From a bacterium (lineage in GTDB: Bacteria; Electryoneota; Electryoneia; Electryoneales; Electryoneaceae): a stretch of 64,000 nucleotides of DNA. The stretch is from assembly GCA_963669175.1 (NCBI GenBank), contig OY769902.1, forward strand, positions 4,384,001-4,448,000, read 5' to 3'. Below are positions 1 to 15,400 of this stretch, one piece after another. A program made the translations under genes and the position numbers. The first letter of the stretch is position 1, and every line of letters begins with the position of its first letter. The notes beneath the pieces were generated by a model. The model had not been told where the DNA came from. It saw only the letters and a program-made list of their open reading frames with translations, and did no database searches.

Positions 1-3000
1 TTTCGATCTCGGACACATAGACTTCGTAGGTTACATCATCGCCATCGGGATCAGTAGAAGCATTCCAGCCAAGTTCCACGTCTTCACTGCCGGAAGTAGA
101 ACCGTCTGCAGGTGAAGCCAGGTCAAAGTCTTCCGGTGCGCTTCCCGGCTCTCCCAGGTTCACACTGAAGCTCCAGGTCTGGTTCGCCTGTGTCCACATG
201 CCGTCCGTATCCAGTGCGCGCACAGTCCACCAGTATTCGGTGTTATTCAGACCGAAGAACTCGAAACCGGAACCGGTAAGGTCGCTGGCGATACGTGTGC
301 CCAACTCATTTTCCACGGTTGAAGCGTAGACATCATAGGTCACAGCTCCACCGTCTGGGTCGGTTGTCGTATTCCAGCTCAGAATGACGCTTTCCTGCGC
401 GAACACCATGCCGTCATCCGGCCCGGTCAGGTCAAATGCCAGCGGCGGAGTTCCGGGAATAGCGACATCAATATCGAAGCTCCAGCTCTGGTTGGACTGG
501 GTAACATTGTTGTTGGTATCGCGTGCACGAATCATCCACCAGTAAGTCTGCCCGGTGGTTCCGGTGAAGGTATAGGACGTACCAGCCAACCCGCTGGCGA
601 TGGGCGCGCCGAATGCGCCCTGTGTGGTTGACACATAGACGCTATAGGTCACATCATCGCCATCCGGGTCGGTTGTCGCGTTCCAGCTCAGATCGACATC
701 CACCTCCGACGACACATAGCCGCTGTCCGGTGATGCCAGATCAAACGCCAAAGGTGCATCCCCTACCTGGGTCATGTTGATGGTATAGCTCCAGGTCTCA
801 TTCGCCTGGGTCTGGTGACCATCGGAATCTTTGGCAAATACGGTCCAGTAATACGTCTCACCGTCTTCACCGTTAAAGGTTGTTTCGTTGGTAGCCAGGT
901 TCCCGGCGATACGAGCGCCAAGGAAACCAAGAATATTGCTTACATACACATCGTAGGTAACATCGTCGCCATCCGGATCAGTGGTCGCATCCCAGGCGAG
1001 ATCAACCGCAAGGGTTGTAATGACACTTGCATCTGCCGGGCTGTTCAGGCTGAAAGTATTCGGCGCATTGCCCGGGATGCTGGTATCAATGCTGAAAGTC
1101 CAGGTCTGGCTGGCCTGGGTGTACATACCGTCTTCATCCACGGCCAGTACGGTCCACCAGTAATCCAGCCCTGTCACGCCGGTATAGCTGTACGAGGTTC
1201 CTGTCAGGTTACCGGCAACACGTGTTCCCAGGAAGCCTGCGACTGTTGAGACGTAAACATCATAGCCAATGTCGCCGCCATCCGGATCAGCCGATTCAAA
1301 CCAGCTCAGGTTGACTTCGGTATTTGGTGACGTATAACCATCATCCGGTCCGGCCAGATCGAAAGCCAATGGCGCCAATCCTGCCGCTGCCCCGGTGTCA
1401 ATATTGAAGCTCCAGGTCTGGTTCGCCTGGGTCCACATGCCGTCTTCATCAACCGCACGAATCGTCCACCAGTAGGATTCACCGTCTGTGCCGGTGAATT
1501 CGTAACTGGTTCCAGTAAGGCCGGAAGCGTAACGTGTGCCAAGGAATCCGAGCTGCTGTGACACGAATACTTCATAGCTGACCGCGCCGTCATCAGGATC
1601 GCTCGAAGCATCCCAACTCAGGGTAATGTTTTCGTACGGTGATGTACTGTTGTTATCCGGCGCTGCCAGATCGAAAGCGACCGGGGCAGTTCCGGGTATG
1701 GTTGTATTAATGGTAAACGACCAGATTTCGCTCGCCTGGGTCCACATACCGTTATCGTCAACAGCACGGATAGTCCAGTATGAGGTCTCGCCGTTGACAC
1801 CGGTGTAGGTATAGGATGTTCCGGTCAGTCCGTTGGCAACACGTGCGCCCAGGTAAGCCGCATCATCGCTGATGTAGACATCGTAACTGACAGCATCACC
1901 ATCTGGATCAGTCGTACCTTCCCAACTCAGATCAATATCTGTGACCGGGGAGATGTAGCCGCTGTCCGGCGAGGCCAGGTGGAACGCCAACGGTGGATCA
2001 CCGGCGATGTCGGTGTTGATGGTGAAGCTGCGGGTTGAGTTTGACTGGGTTTCGTTGTTGCTCTCATCGGAAGCGATTACGGTCCAGTAATAGGTTGAAC
2101 CGTTGGTCCCGGTAAAGGTTGTGCTGGTTCCGGACAGGTTACCCGCGAAACGGGTCCCAAGGAAGCCTGCGACCGATGAGATGTAAACATCATAACTGAT
2201 CGCTTCACCTTCCGGGTCGGTTGTCGCTGCCCAGGTCAGATCCACACTGGTCATCGGGGACAGGTAACCATCTGTCGGACTGGTCAGATCAAAGGCTAAC
2301 GGCGGCTGGTTCGCCTGGGTCGCATCAATGCTGAAGCTCCAGGTCTGATCCGCCTGCGTGTACAGGTGATATGTGTCCAGCGCACGAACCGTCCACCAGT
2401 AGGTTTCGCCTTCTGATCCGCCAAACTCGAAACTGGTTCCGGTCAGGTTGGCTGCGTAGCGTGTGCCAAGTTCACCTTCGATGGTGGATACGTACACATC
2501 ATAAACAACCGCGTCACCATCGGGATCATCCGTGGCTTCCCAACTCAGCAGAACCGATTCATCCGGGGACACATGCCCGTCATCCGGTCCGGTCAGTGCG
2601 AAGCTGTTCGGGACGTTGTTCGCAGGCGGCATGGTGCCGGTGTCGATGCTGAAGGTCCATGTTTCAGTGGACAACGTCGCCAGGTCATTTTCATCGACCG
2701 CACGAATGGTCCAGTAGAATATGTCGCCATCAGCGCCGGTGTACAGCCATGATGTCGCAGTCAAACCTCCAGCCATACGGCTGCCGATGAAGCCTTCAAC
2801 CGTTGACAAATAGACTTCGTAGAACACATCATCGCCATCCGGATCAACCGCAGGTTCCCAACTCAGCAGGACATCGGTCAACGGCGAAACAATACCACTG
2901 TCCGGTCCGGTAAGGCTGAATTCGGCGGGCGGTTGGTTGAAGGGCGGCACAGACCCTGTATTGATAGCGAAGCGCCAGGTTTCGCGCGCTGAGGTAGTTC

Positions 3001-6000
3001 CGACATGACCATCCCACGCTTCCACCGTCCAGTAATACGCCTCACCATCAACCCCGGTGAAGGTCCAGGATGTTCCTTCAAGGTCTTCAACTACTGCTGC
3101 GCCCATGTTCCCAAGGTCGGTGGATACATAGACGTTATAGGAAACATCGTTGCCTTCAGGATCGTTCGACGCTTCCCAACTGAGCAGGATGTCTTCAATG
3201 CCTGAAATTATACCGCTGTCCGGCGCCAGCAGGCTGAACTCGGTTGCGGGAAGGTTCACATCAATGGTGAAGTTCCAGGTCTGGTTCGCCTGGGTAATAC
3301 GTCCGGTTGCATCCACCGCACGTACAGTCCACCAGTATTGAGTATTGTCGTTGCCGGTGAAGGTGTAGGTTGTATCAGTCAAATCCTGCGCGACACGGCT
3401 GCCAAGGAAACCTTCCACCTCTGACATGTAAACGTCGTATGTGATATCATCGCCGTCCGGGTCATCCGTGTCATGCCAGGTTAAATCCACATCCGGGAAG
3501 AACTGAATACTGCCGTCAGCAGGCCCGACTAAATCGAACGGGTTCGGTGCGCTGCCGGGAAGATCGACATCAATGGTAAAGCTCCAGGTCTGGCTGGCTT
3601 GACGGTCGTTGCCGTTGCCGTCAGAAGCGCGTACAGTCCAGTACCAGGTTTCACCATCAGCCCCGGTAAAGGTCCAGGATGTTCCGGCAAGGTCTATAAC
3701 GTCAGCCGTACCCAGATCAGCAGGATCATCGGACACATAGACCGAGTAGCTAACATCATCGCCATCAGGATCGGTTGTTGCCTGCCAGCTCAGGGTCACA
3801 TCGGTTGTGGGCGATGTGCTGCCGCTGTCCGGCGCTGTAAGGTTGAACGCTACCGGCGGCTGACCGACTACAGTGTTCTGAATGCTGAAGGACCAGGTTT
3901 CCGTGGATTGGGTTTCACGTCCGCTCGCATCCACTGCCATCACGGTCCACCAGTAGGTCTCCCCCGGTGTACCGTTATAAGCCAATGTGGTAAAGGGTAA
4001 TCCACTGGCAACACGAGTGCCGATGAAACCATCCACCGTACTCAAGTAGACATCGTACGTAATTGCGCCGCCGTCCGGGTCTGTCGATTGCTGCCAGACC
4101 ATATTGACCAGCGAGTTGGGTGAACTGAATCCGTTCACCGGGCTCACCAGCGAGAATGCCGTCGGTGGGTTGGTTGCCTGCGTCAGGTCAATCGAGAAGC
4201 TCCAGCTTTCCGATGCCTGGGTGGCATTGCCCGCTTCATCACGTGCAATCACGGTCCAGTAGAACAGGTCGTTATCAGCGCCGGTATAGGTGTAGCTGGT
4301 ACCATCCAGATCCGATGCGATGCGTGTGCCGATGAATCCGGATACTGCACTCAGGTACAGATCGTAGACAATGTCCCCGCCTTCCGGATCAGAAGATGCA
4401 GCCCAGCTCAACAGGACATCATTGACCGGGTTGACATGGCCATCGTCCGGGCTGACCAGAGAGAAAGCTTCCGGTGCAAGGTTGGCTGTTCCAGTATCAA
4501 TGCTGAAGGACCAGGTTTCACTGGACTGCGTGCTGTTGTTGTTCGGATCGGAAGCGATCACGGTCCAGTACAACAGGTCTCCATCAGTGCCAGAACAGGT
4601 ATAGCTGGTACCATTGAGGCCCGAAGCTACCTGTGTACCGATGAATCCGACGATATCACTTACGTAAACATCGTAGCTGACCTCTTCCCCATCCGGGTCA
4701 GTCGTCGCTTCCCAACTGAGCAGAACATCCGTGCTCGGGGATACCCAACCGTTGTCCGGCGCGACAAGGCTGAACGCCAACGGGGCATTGTTCGCCTGGG
4801 TTAAATCAATCTCGAAAGACCAGGTATCGGTTGACTGTGTCGTGTTTCCTGCTTCGTCGGAAGCGATCACAGTCCAGTAATACGTTGTGTTATCACTGCC
4901 GGTATGGCTGTAGCTGGTACCAGTAAGACCATCCACCACTCGAGTACCCAGGAAACCGGGTACGGTCGAAATGTAGACGTCATAACTAACTGATGCGCCT
5001 TCAGGATCACTGGAAGTTTCCCAGGTCAACAGCACATCGGTAACCGGTGAAACGAAACCGTCTGACGGGCTGGCAAGAGTAAATGCATCCGGCGCCTGGT
5101 TGGCGTTGGTAATATCAATGCTGAACGCCCAGTTCTCCGTGGATTGAGTGGTATTGCCAAACGCATCAACCGCGCGAACAGTCCAGTACCAGGCCTCACC
5201 GTCGTTGCCGGAATAACTGTAGCTGGTTCCGGTCAAACCACTGGCGATACGGGTGCCGATATCGGTCGAGGTCGGGCTGAGATAGAGTTCGTAGGTCAGC
5301 GCGTCACCATCAGGATCAGTCGTAGCCTGCCAACTCAGAATAACATCGGTATTCGGTGATATCCAGCCGGAATCCGGCGCCACAAGGCTGAAAGCTAACG
5401 GTGCATTATTGGCTTGAGCGATATCAATCTCGAAAGACCAGGTATCGGACGATTGTGTGGTATTACCCGCTTCATCGGCGGCAATTACAGTCCAGTAACA
5501 GGTCGTGTTGTCACTGCCGGTAAAGGTGTAGCTGGTTCCGGTAAGGTCATCCGCGACACGAGTGCCAAGGAATCCGGCAACGGTGGAAGCGTAAACGTCG
5601 TAGGTAACCGTTGTGCCTTCCGGGTCCGTGGTCGCTTCCCAGGTCATCAGAACATCGGTAACCGGTGAAACGAAACCATCTGTCGGGCTGGCCAGGGTAA
5701 ACGCATCCGGTGGCTGGTTGGCATTGGTGATATCAACGCTGAAAGACCAGCTTTCGGTCGATTGCGTTGTATTGCCAAAGGAATCCACCGCGCGAATCGT
5801 CCAGAACCAGGTCTCGCCATCGTTGCCGGAATAGCTGTAGCTGCTTCCGGTCAGGCCACTGGCGATACGAGTGCCAATATCAGTTGAAATCGGACTGACG
5901 TACACTTCGTAGGTAATTGCGTCACCATCAGGATCGGTAGTGTTTTCCCAACTCAGGATCACATCCGTACTCGGCGATACCCAACCATCATCCGGAGATA

Positions 6001-9000
6001 CCAGGTTGAAAGCCAAGGGCGCACTGTTGGCCTGGGTCAGGTCAATTTCGAAAGACCAGGTGTCGGTGGACTGGGTGGTGTTGCCCGCTTCATCGGACGC
6101 GATCACGGTCCAGTAATAGGTCGTGTTATCGCTACCGGTGAAGGTATAGCTGGTCCCGGTCAGATCGTCCGCAATCCGTGTTCCGAGGAAACCGGCAACA
6201 GTCGATGCGTACACATCATAGCTAACCGTGGTTCCTTCCGGATCGCTTGAAGCTTCCCAGGTCATCAATACATTCGTAACAGGCGATACGAAGCCGTCCG
6301 TTGGGCTGGCAAGCGTAAAGGCTACCGGCGGCTGGTTGGCATTGGTGATATCAATGCTGAAAGACCAGCTTTCGCTCGATTGCGTTGTATTGCCAAAGGC
6401 ATCCACGGCGCGGATGGTCCAGTACCAGGTCTCGCCATCGTTGCCGGAATAGCTGTAGCTGCTTCCGGTGAGGCCATCGACGATACGAGTGCCAATATCG
6501 GTTGAAGTCGTGCTGAGGTAGACTTCATAGGTAACTGCATCACCATCGGGATCGGTTGACGTTTCCCAACTCAGGATTACATCCGTACTTGGCGATACCC
6601 ACTCGTCATCCGGTGCAACCAGCGAAAAAGCGGCAGGTGCGTTGTTGGCCTGGGTCAGGTCAATTTCGAAAGACCAGGTGTCGGTGGACTGGGTGGTATT
6701 GCCAGCTTCGTCGGAAGCGATCACGGTCCAGTTATAAGTCGTGTTGTCACTGCCGGTATACGTATAGCTGGTGCCGGTCAGGTCATCTGCGATACGTGTG
6801 CCAAGGAATCCAACAACAGTCGATGCGTACACATCATAGGTGACCGTAGTGCCTTCCGGGTCACTCGACGCTTCCCAGGTCAGCAGCACATCGGTATCCG
6901 GGGAAACAAAGCCATCCGTGGGGCTGGCAAGCGTGAAGGCTACCGGCGGTTGGTTCGCGTTGGCGATGTTGATACTGAACGCCCAGGTCTCAGTGGACTG
7001 GGTTGTATTACCGAAGGCATCCACCGCGCGAATGGTCCAGTACCAGGTCTCGCCATCATTTCCTGCATAGCTGTAGCTGGTTCCGGTCAGGCCACTGGCG
7101 ATACGAGTACCGATATCGGTTGAGGTTGTGCTGAGATAGAGCTCGTAGGTCAGCGCGTCTCCGTCAGGATCAGTTGAAGCTTCCCAGCTCAACAATACAT
7201 CCGTAGCGGGAGAAATCCAGCCAGAATCCGGCGCTGCGAGTGAGAAGGCGGTCGGCGCGTTGTTCGCCTGGGTCAAGTCAATCTCGAAGGACCAGGTGTC
7301 GGTGGCTTGCGTGGTATTACCCGCTTCGTCGGCGGCAATCACGGTCCAGTAGTATGTCGTGTTATCACTGCCGGTGAAGGTGTAGCTGCTTCCGGTCAGG
7401 TCATCGGCAATCCGTGTCCCAAGGAATCCGGCAACAGTGGATGCGTAGACATCGTAGGCAACCGTAGTTCCTTCCGGATCACTGGACGCTCCCCAGGTCA
7501 GCAGCACATTCGTTACAGGCGACACGAAGCCGTCCGTCGGGCTGGCAAGCGTAAAGGCTGCCGGCGGCTGGTTGGCGTTGGCAAGGTTGATGCTGAAGGA
7601 ACGTGTCTGGTTGGACTCGGTCGCGTTACCAAAGCTGTCCACGGCACGAATTGTCCAATACCATGCTTCCCCATCGTTGCCGGAATAGCTGTAGCTGGTT
7701 CCGGTCAGGCCATCAGCGATACGTGTTCCGATATCGGTTGAAGTCGTGCTGAGATACACTTCATAGGAAACCGCATCACCATCGGGATCGGTTGATGCTT
7801 CCCAGCTCAGGATAATGTCGGTACTCGGCGACACCCAGCCGTCATCCGGGGATACAAGGTTGAACGCCACGGGCGCATTGTTCGCCTGCGTCAAGTCGAT
7901 CTCGAAAGACCATGTATCGGTTGACTGCGTGGTGTTGCCCACTTCATCGGCGGCGATCACAGTCCAGTAAAACATTGTGTTGTCGCTGCCGGTGAAGGTG
8001 TAGCTGCTTCCGGTCAGATCATCTGCAATTCGGGTTCCAAGGAATCCGGCAACAGTCGATGTGTACACATCGTATACGATCGTGGTGCCTTCTGGATCGC
8101 TGGAAGCACCCCAAGTCAGCAGGACATCGGCATCAGGTGAGACAAAGCCATCACTCGGGCTGGCAAGCGTAAAGGCCACCGGCGGCTGGTTGGCATTGGC
8201 AAGGTTGATGCTGAAGGATCGTGTCTGGGTAGATGCTGTCGCATTACCGAAGCTGTCCACCGCACGAATGGTCCAGTACCAGGATTCTCCGTCGTTCCCG
8301 GTATAGCTGTAGCTGGTTCCGGTCAGGCCATCCGCGATACGTGTGCCGATATCGGTTGATGTGGCGCTCAGGTAAACTTCATAGCTCACCGCGTCACCAT
8401 CAGGATCGGTCGTGCTTTCCCAACTGAACAGCACATTGACGCTCGGCGACACCCAGCCGTCATCCGGGGATACCAGGTTGAAGGCCAACGGCGCGTTGTT
8501 CGCCTGCGTCTGATCAATTTCAAAGGACCATGTATCGTCGGCATAAGTTGAATTGCCGTTCTCGTCGTAAGCAATGATGGTCCAGTAATATGTTGTATTG
8601 TTTGTTCCGCTGTACGTGTAGCTCGGGACTGTCAAACCATCCGCTACCCGGGTTCCGAGGAAACCGGAAACGGTTGACATATAGACATCGTAGGATACCG
8701 CAGATCCTTCCGGGTCGGTGGAGGTTTCCCAAGTCATCAACACATCAGTGGTCGGGGAAACGAAACCGTCACTCGGGCTGGCCAAGGCAAACGCAGTCGG
8801 CGGCTGGTTGGCCGTGGAGGTGTTGATATTAAAGCTCCAGGTCTGGTCCGCCGTGGTCATATTGTTATCCGGATCCTTTGCGTAGACAGTCCAGAACAGG
8901 GTATCAAGATTGCTGCCGTTGTAGCTGTAGCTGGTTCCGGCCAGATTACCCGCAACTCTCGTCCCGATTACGCCTTCTGCATCACTCACGTACACATCAT

Positions 9001-9400
9001 ACAACACGGCATCGCCATCAGGATCAACGGATGCGTTCCAGCTCAACGGTACAACGGTACTCGGTGAGGTCCAGCCACTGTCCGGCGCGACCAGCGCAAA
9101 GGCGCCGGGAGCATTGCCCGGATTGGCAGTATGAACCTGGAAACGCCAGATCTGGTTTGCCTGGGTTTCGTTGCCGATAGGATCACGTGCGATCACTGTC
9201 CAACGGTATGGAGTATCATGAATACCCGTGTAGGTGTAGGAAGTATTCGTCAATCCTGTCGCAACCGGGCTTTCAAATAACTGGCCTGTTGCGACATTGA
9301 CATACAGATCGTAAACCACGTCATCCCCGTTGGGATCAGTGGTTGGATACCAGGTCAACAGCACATCTTCTGTCGGAATCATCGCGCCGCTGTCCGGGCT
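1..9400 (-). repeat. Intragenic tandem array, ~309-bp (103-aa) period, about 31 units, including a 618-bp A/B dimer block
   Basis: TCGAAAGACCA-like motif at 4812, 5430, 6048, 6666, 7284, 7902 and 8520 (exactly 618 apart); linkers alternate LTQANNAP and ITNANQPP-like. Confidence 0.9.
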
Positions 9401-12400
9401 GGCAAGGTTGAATGCCAGCGGAGCCTGTCCGGCAAGGCTGGTGTCGACTGTAAAGCTCCACAGCTCATTGGCTTGCACGATATTGCCGTGGCCGTCATCT
9501 ACTCGCACGGTCCACCAGTAGGTGTTGCCATGTTCACCGGTGAAGGTCCAGGTTGAATCGGTCAGGTCATCGGCATCGGGCGTACCTAAATTGCCCTGAT
9601 CAGTGCTGACAAATACATCGTAGAACAACAGGTCGCCGTCAGCGTCACTGGAGAATTCCCAGCTCAACTGCACATCAAACCACGGCGAAGTCGTTCCGCT
9701 GTCCGGAAGAGCCAGGCTGAATGCCGCCGGGGCTTCTTCCACATAAATATCAAAGGAGAACGTATCGGACGCGGCGGTCGTATTGCCGTTGCCGTCATCC
9801 GCGATAACCGTCCACCAGTAGGATTCGTTATCAATTCCGGTGAAGGCGTAGAACGTATCCGCCAAATCAGACTGGTAAGCTGTACCCAGGTTGCCCGGTG
9901 TGGTTGACAGGTAGAGATCGTAGCTGACCACATCACCATCGGGGTCAACCGAAGTATCCCATGTCAGCAGGACTTCCGTGGCCGGTGCCGTTGAACCGTC
10001 CGCAGGAGTCACAAGGGTGAATACTCCCGGCACTTCTTCCACGTATATACTGAAGCTGAAGGTATCCGGGGCGGCGGTTTCGTTGGCGTTGGCATCAGAT
10101 GCGATTACTGTCCACCAGTACTGAGTATCATCTGCTCCGATGAAGTCAAACGTGGTATCGGTCAGGCCGGACTGATATGGTGCGGCCAATGCTCCAAGCG
10201 TGGTTCCGAGATACAGGTCGTAGGTGACCGCATCGCCATCAGGATCAGATGTGGATGTCCAGACCAGTTCGATCTCGGTTACGCCAGATACATGTCCGCT
10301 GTCCGGGCTGACCAATGTGAAAGCTGCCGGGAATTCTTCCACGTAGATACTGAATGAGAACGTATCGCTGGCAGCAACGGTATTGCCGTTGCCGTCATCC
10401 GCGATCACGGTCCACCAGTATTGCGTGTCGTCGCTACCATTGAAACTGTAAGTCGTATCGCTCAAGTCCGCCGCAATCGGCGCACCGAGGTTTGCTGCAT
10501 CAGTGCTGACATACAGATCATAAGTGATCAGATCGCTGTCCAGATCGCTGGTACTCTGCCAGACAAGGTCGAAGGTCGCAACAGGTTCAACTGTAGCATC
10601 GGCCGGTGTCAGCAGGGTGAAAGCGTCCGGGATATCTTCGACATCAATATCGAAGCTCCAGGTCTGGGAAGCCTGCACCGTGTTTCCGTTGCCGTCATTG
10701 ACCTCAACCGTCCACCAGTACCGGGTGTCATCCAGCCCGGTGAAAGTGTATGCAGTATCGGTCAGGCCGGTGGCAATGGCAGCGCCCAGGTTACCCGCAT
10801 CGGTGCTGACATAGAGATCATAGGTCAGCGCATCGCCATCGGGATCAGTCGACGAGGTCCAGCTCAGCGCAACATTATAATCCGGTTCGACGTTGCCGCT
10901 ATCGGGTGTTGCCAATGCGAAAGCAGACGGCGGTTCTTCGATATAAATCTCGAAGCTCCAGGTCTGGTCGGCCGGTGTGTCGTTGTTCTGGTCATCCAGT
11001 GCGATAACCGTCCACCAGTACTGAGTATCATCAGTTCCGGTAAAGGTGTATGTCGTGTCAGTCAGGTCGCTGGCAATTGCCGTCCCGAGGTTGCCCGGAT
11101 CTGTTGTAACGTAAAGATCGTAGACAACAGGATGATTGTCCGGATCAAGCGAAGACTGCCAGACCAGATCAACAGTAGATGTACCGGAAGTGTACCCATC
11201 GGCAGGGCTCAACAGGTTGAAGGGATCAGGCGCTTCTTCCACGTAGATGCTGAAGGTACGTGTTGAGTTCGCCATGGTCTGGTTGCCGCTGGGATCATTG
11301 GCACGTACTGTCCACCAGTACTGTGTATCGTCGTTCCCATTAAAGATCCAGCTTGTGGCCGTCACCCCCGTTTGCACCGGAGCCCCCAGATCGCCGGGGT
11401 CTGAGCTCACGAAGACATCATAGGTTACAACATCGCCATCGGGATCAACCGCTGCTGTCCATTGCAGGCTTACGGCCGCGTTTGAACGAACCGCACCGTT
11501 TACCGGAGCCAGCAGGCTGAACGCTTCAGGCGCTTCCTGAACATAAATACTGAAGCTCCATACGCCTGTGGCAGCTTGTGTTTCGCTACCGTTGCCATCC
11601 TTGGCGTATACCGTCCAGTAGTAGGTGGAATCATCATCGCCGGTGTACAGATAGGTGTTTGTGGTCAAATCACTGGCAACCGGAGTGCCCAGGTTACCTG
11701 CATCACGACTGACATAGACATCATAGGTCACCGCATCCCCATCCGGGTCAGTGGTTGTCTGCCATTGCAGGGTCAGGGCCGCATTCGGTGAAACCGCTCC
11801 ACTGGCGGGGCTGATCATGTTGAAAGCAAGCGGGGCTTCTTCGACATGGATCATGAAACGCCATGTTTGGGAAGCATCGGTCTCGTTCCCGTTGCTGTCG
11901 ATCGCCTTAACAGTCCAGTAGTAGGTGGAATCATCCAGACCGATATAGGTGTAGGCCGCTGTGGCAAGATCTGAGGCGACCGGCGTGCCCAGGTTACCCG
12001 CATCACGACTGACATACACATCATACGTCACATCGTCGCCATCAGGATCTGGCGCTGCTTCCCAGGTAAGATCCACTGCCAGTGTTGGTGAAGTGGTTCC
12101 GTTGCCCGGTGTCAGCAGGTTGAATGCTGCTGGGGATTCTTCCACATAGATACTGAAGGACCAGGTTTCACTGGCCTGGGTTTCGTTACCATTGGTATCA
12201 CTGGCGCGAACTGTCCAGAAATACTGTGTATCATCGTTACCGTTAAAGGTGTAAGTCGTAACGGTCAAATCACTGGCAACCGGAGTGCCCAGGTTACCTG
12301 CATCGGTGGAAACGTAAACATCATACGTCACCGCATCGCCGTCCGGGTCTGTGGTGCCGTTCCAGCTCAGGTTCACTACCGCTGTTGCCGAGACAGTACC

Positions 12401-15400
12401 GTTGGCCGGGCTGATCAGGTTGAATGCCAGAGGAACTTCTTCCACATAGACATCGAAGTACCAGGTCTGGTTGGCCTGGGTTTCGTTGCCATTGGTATCC
12501 TTGGCGCGAACCGTCCAGTAGTAACGCGTATCATCAGAACCGTTGAAGGTATAAGAGGCTGCTGCAAGATCACTGGCGACCGGGCTGCCAAGGTTTCCGG
12601 CATCGGTGGAAACGTAAACATCATACGTGACCGCATCGCCATCCGGGTCGGTTACCGTATCCCATGCAAGATCCATACTGGTCGTAGGCGATACTGCCGC
12701 ATTGGACGGGCTGGTCAGGTTGAAGGCTGTTGGCGCTTCTTCCACATAAATTTCAAAGGACCAGGTTTCGCTGGCCGGGGTGACATTGCTGTTCGGATCT
12801 TTGGCTCGGACTGTCCAGTAATATGTCGTGTTGTCTGAGCCGGTGTAGGTGTAGCTGGTCGCAGTGCGGTTGATCGCAACCGGTGTGCCCAGGTTGCCCG
12901 CATCAGTGCTGACATAGATATCGTAGCGAACCGCATCGCCATCAGGATCGACAGAAGCATTCCACTGAAGTGTTACCGACGTTGACGGCATCACCTGCCC
13001 GTCAGTCGGAGCACTCAGGCTGAACGCTCCCGGCGCTTCCTCAACATAGGTCTCGAACCACCATACCTGGCTCGCCTGCGTTTCGTTTCCGTTGGTGTCT
13101 TTCGCGCGTACAGTCCAGTAATACTGCGTATCGTCGCTACCGTTGAACGTGTAGTTCGTTACAGTCAGATCACTGGCAACCGGAGTTCCCAGGTTTCCGG
13201 CATCGGTGGAAACGTATACATCATAGGTAATAGCATCGCCATCCGGGTCGGTTGTCGCAGCCCAGACCAGGTTCACCGTAGCCGATGCGGTTACCGTCGC
13301 GTTAGTCGGACTGCTAAGGCTGAAGGCATTTGGCGCTTGTTCCACATAAATACTGAAACTGCGTGTTTCGTTCGCCGCGGTTTCGTTGCTGTGGTTGTCA
13401 TGCGCACGAACTGTCCAGTAGTATGTCTGGTCGTCACTAGCCGTATAGGTCCACTGTGTCGCGTTCAGGTTGGTGGCTATAGCCGTTCCCAGGTTACCTG
13501 CGTCCGTGCTGACGTACACATCATACCGAACCGGATCGCCATCGGGATCAACCGAAGCATTCCACTGGAGAGTTACCGAGGTTGACGGCATCACTTGCCC
13601 GTCAGCCGGGCTACTCAGGCTGAACGCTCCTGGCGCTTCTTCCACATAAATATCGAAGTAGCGAGTCTGGTTTGCTGGGGTCTCGTTGCCGTTCGGGTCT
13701 TTGGCGCGAACTGTCCAGTAATAGCGAGTATCATCGTTACCGGCGAAGTCATAGGTCGTGACAGTCAGATCCGAAGCAACCGGGCTGCCCAGGTTGCCCG
13801 CATCGGTGGAAACGTAAACATCATAGGTAACTGCATCGCCATCCGGGTCAGTGGTCGCATTCCAGCTCAGACTTACCGTTGCAGTTCCCGAAACAATCGC
13901 GTTTGCCGGACTGACAAGGTTGAATACCAGCGGCGCTTCTTCGATGTAAATGCTGAAGCTTCGGGTTTCCCCTGCTGCGGTTGAGTTGCCGTGGTTGTCA
14001 CGTGCCTGCACGGTCCAGTAGTAGCTCACGTCATCACTGCCTGACCAGGTCCACTGGGTTGCGCTGATGCCGGTAGCTACCGGCATTCCCAGGTTACCTG
14101 CATCGGTGCTGACATACACATCATATACGACAGGATCGCCATCCGGTTCAACCGAAGCAGTCCATTGCAGGACAACCGAAATGGACGTCATCACTTGTCC
14201 GTCAGCCGGGTTGCTCAGGTTGAATGCTCCGGGCGCTTCTTCCACGTAAATATCGAAATAGCGAGTCTGGTTGGCAGAAGTTTCGTTGCCGTTGGGATCC
14301 TTGGCAACAATCGTCCAGTAGTAGCGCGTATCGTCGCTTCCAGTAAAATCGTATGTGGTTACTGTCAGATCAGAGGCAACCGGCGTTCCCAGGTTACCCG
14401 CATCGGTGCTGACATAGACATCATACGTTACCGCGTCACCATCCGGGTCAGTTGTGGTGGCCCAGCTCAGGGATAGGGTTGCTGTTCCGGAAACCACGCC
14501 ATTGGCAGGACTGGTCAGGTTAAACGCCAGCGGACTCTGTTCGTAGTAGATACTGAAGGAACGGGTCTCCCCCACTGGCGTGGAGTTGCTGTGATTATCC
14601 TTCGCAACAATCGTCCACCAGTATTGGGTATCGTCTTCACCGTCAAACGTGTAGGTCGTGCTGGAAACATTGGAAGCAACCGGAGTTCCCAAATCGCCGG
14701 GATCGGTTGAAATGTATACATCGTAACTGACCGGATCGCCATCCGCATCAGTTGACGCTGTCCAACTCAAGGCAACCATCGTATCCGGTGAGACAAATCC
14801 GTCGGCAGGCGCAATCAGTGAGAAGGCGCTGGGGGCTTCTTCCACATAGATACTGAAGTTCCAGGTGTTGTCCGCCCACACGGTGTTGCCATGATTATCG
14901 CTGGCAGCCACCGTCCACCAGTACTGCGTATCATCACTTCCGGTGTATTCCCAGGTTGTATCAACGATATTTGAAGCGACCTCGACCATGGTACCAACCG
15001 TTGTCCCCAGGAAGATATCATAGGTAACCGGGTCGCCATCAGGATCTACCGAGGTTTCCCAGACTAGATCTATGGTCTGTGCAGGTGAAATCCAGCCGGA
15101 AACCGGGCTGGCCAAATCAAACTCTCCGGGTTCATGTTCAATGTCAATGTAGAAGGACCAGGTCTGGCTGGCCTGGGTTTCGTTGCCGTTGTCATCGTAG
15201 GCAACTACCGTCCAGTAGTAGGTGGTCAGATCGTTACCGGTATAGGTGTATGCCGGTCCCGGAAGCCCCACGACAACCGGTGTTCCCAAATCACCCGGAT
15301 CAGTCGATATATAGATATCGTAGCTGATTGGATCGCCATCGGGATCAGTGGTCAGGTTCCAGGACACGGTCACATTTTCACTCTCAAAGGTTGTACCGTC

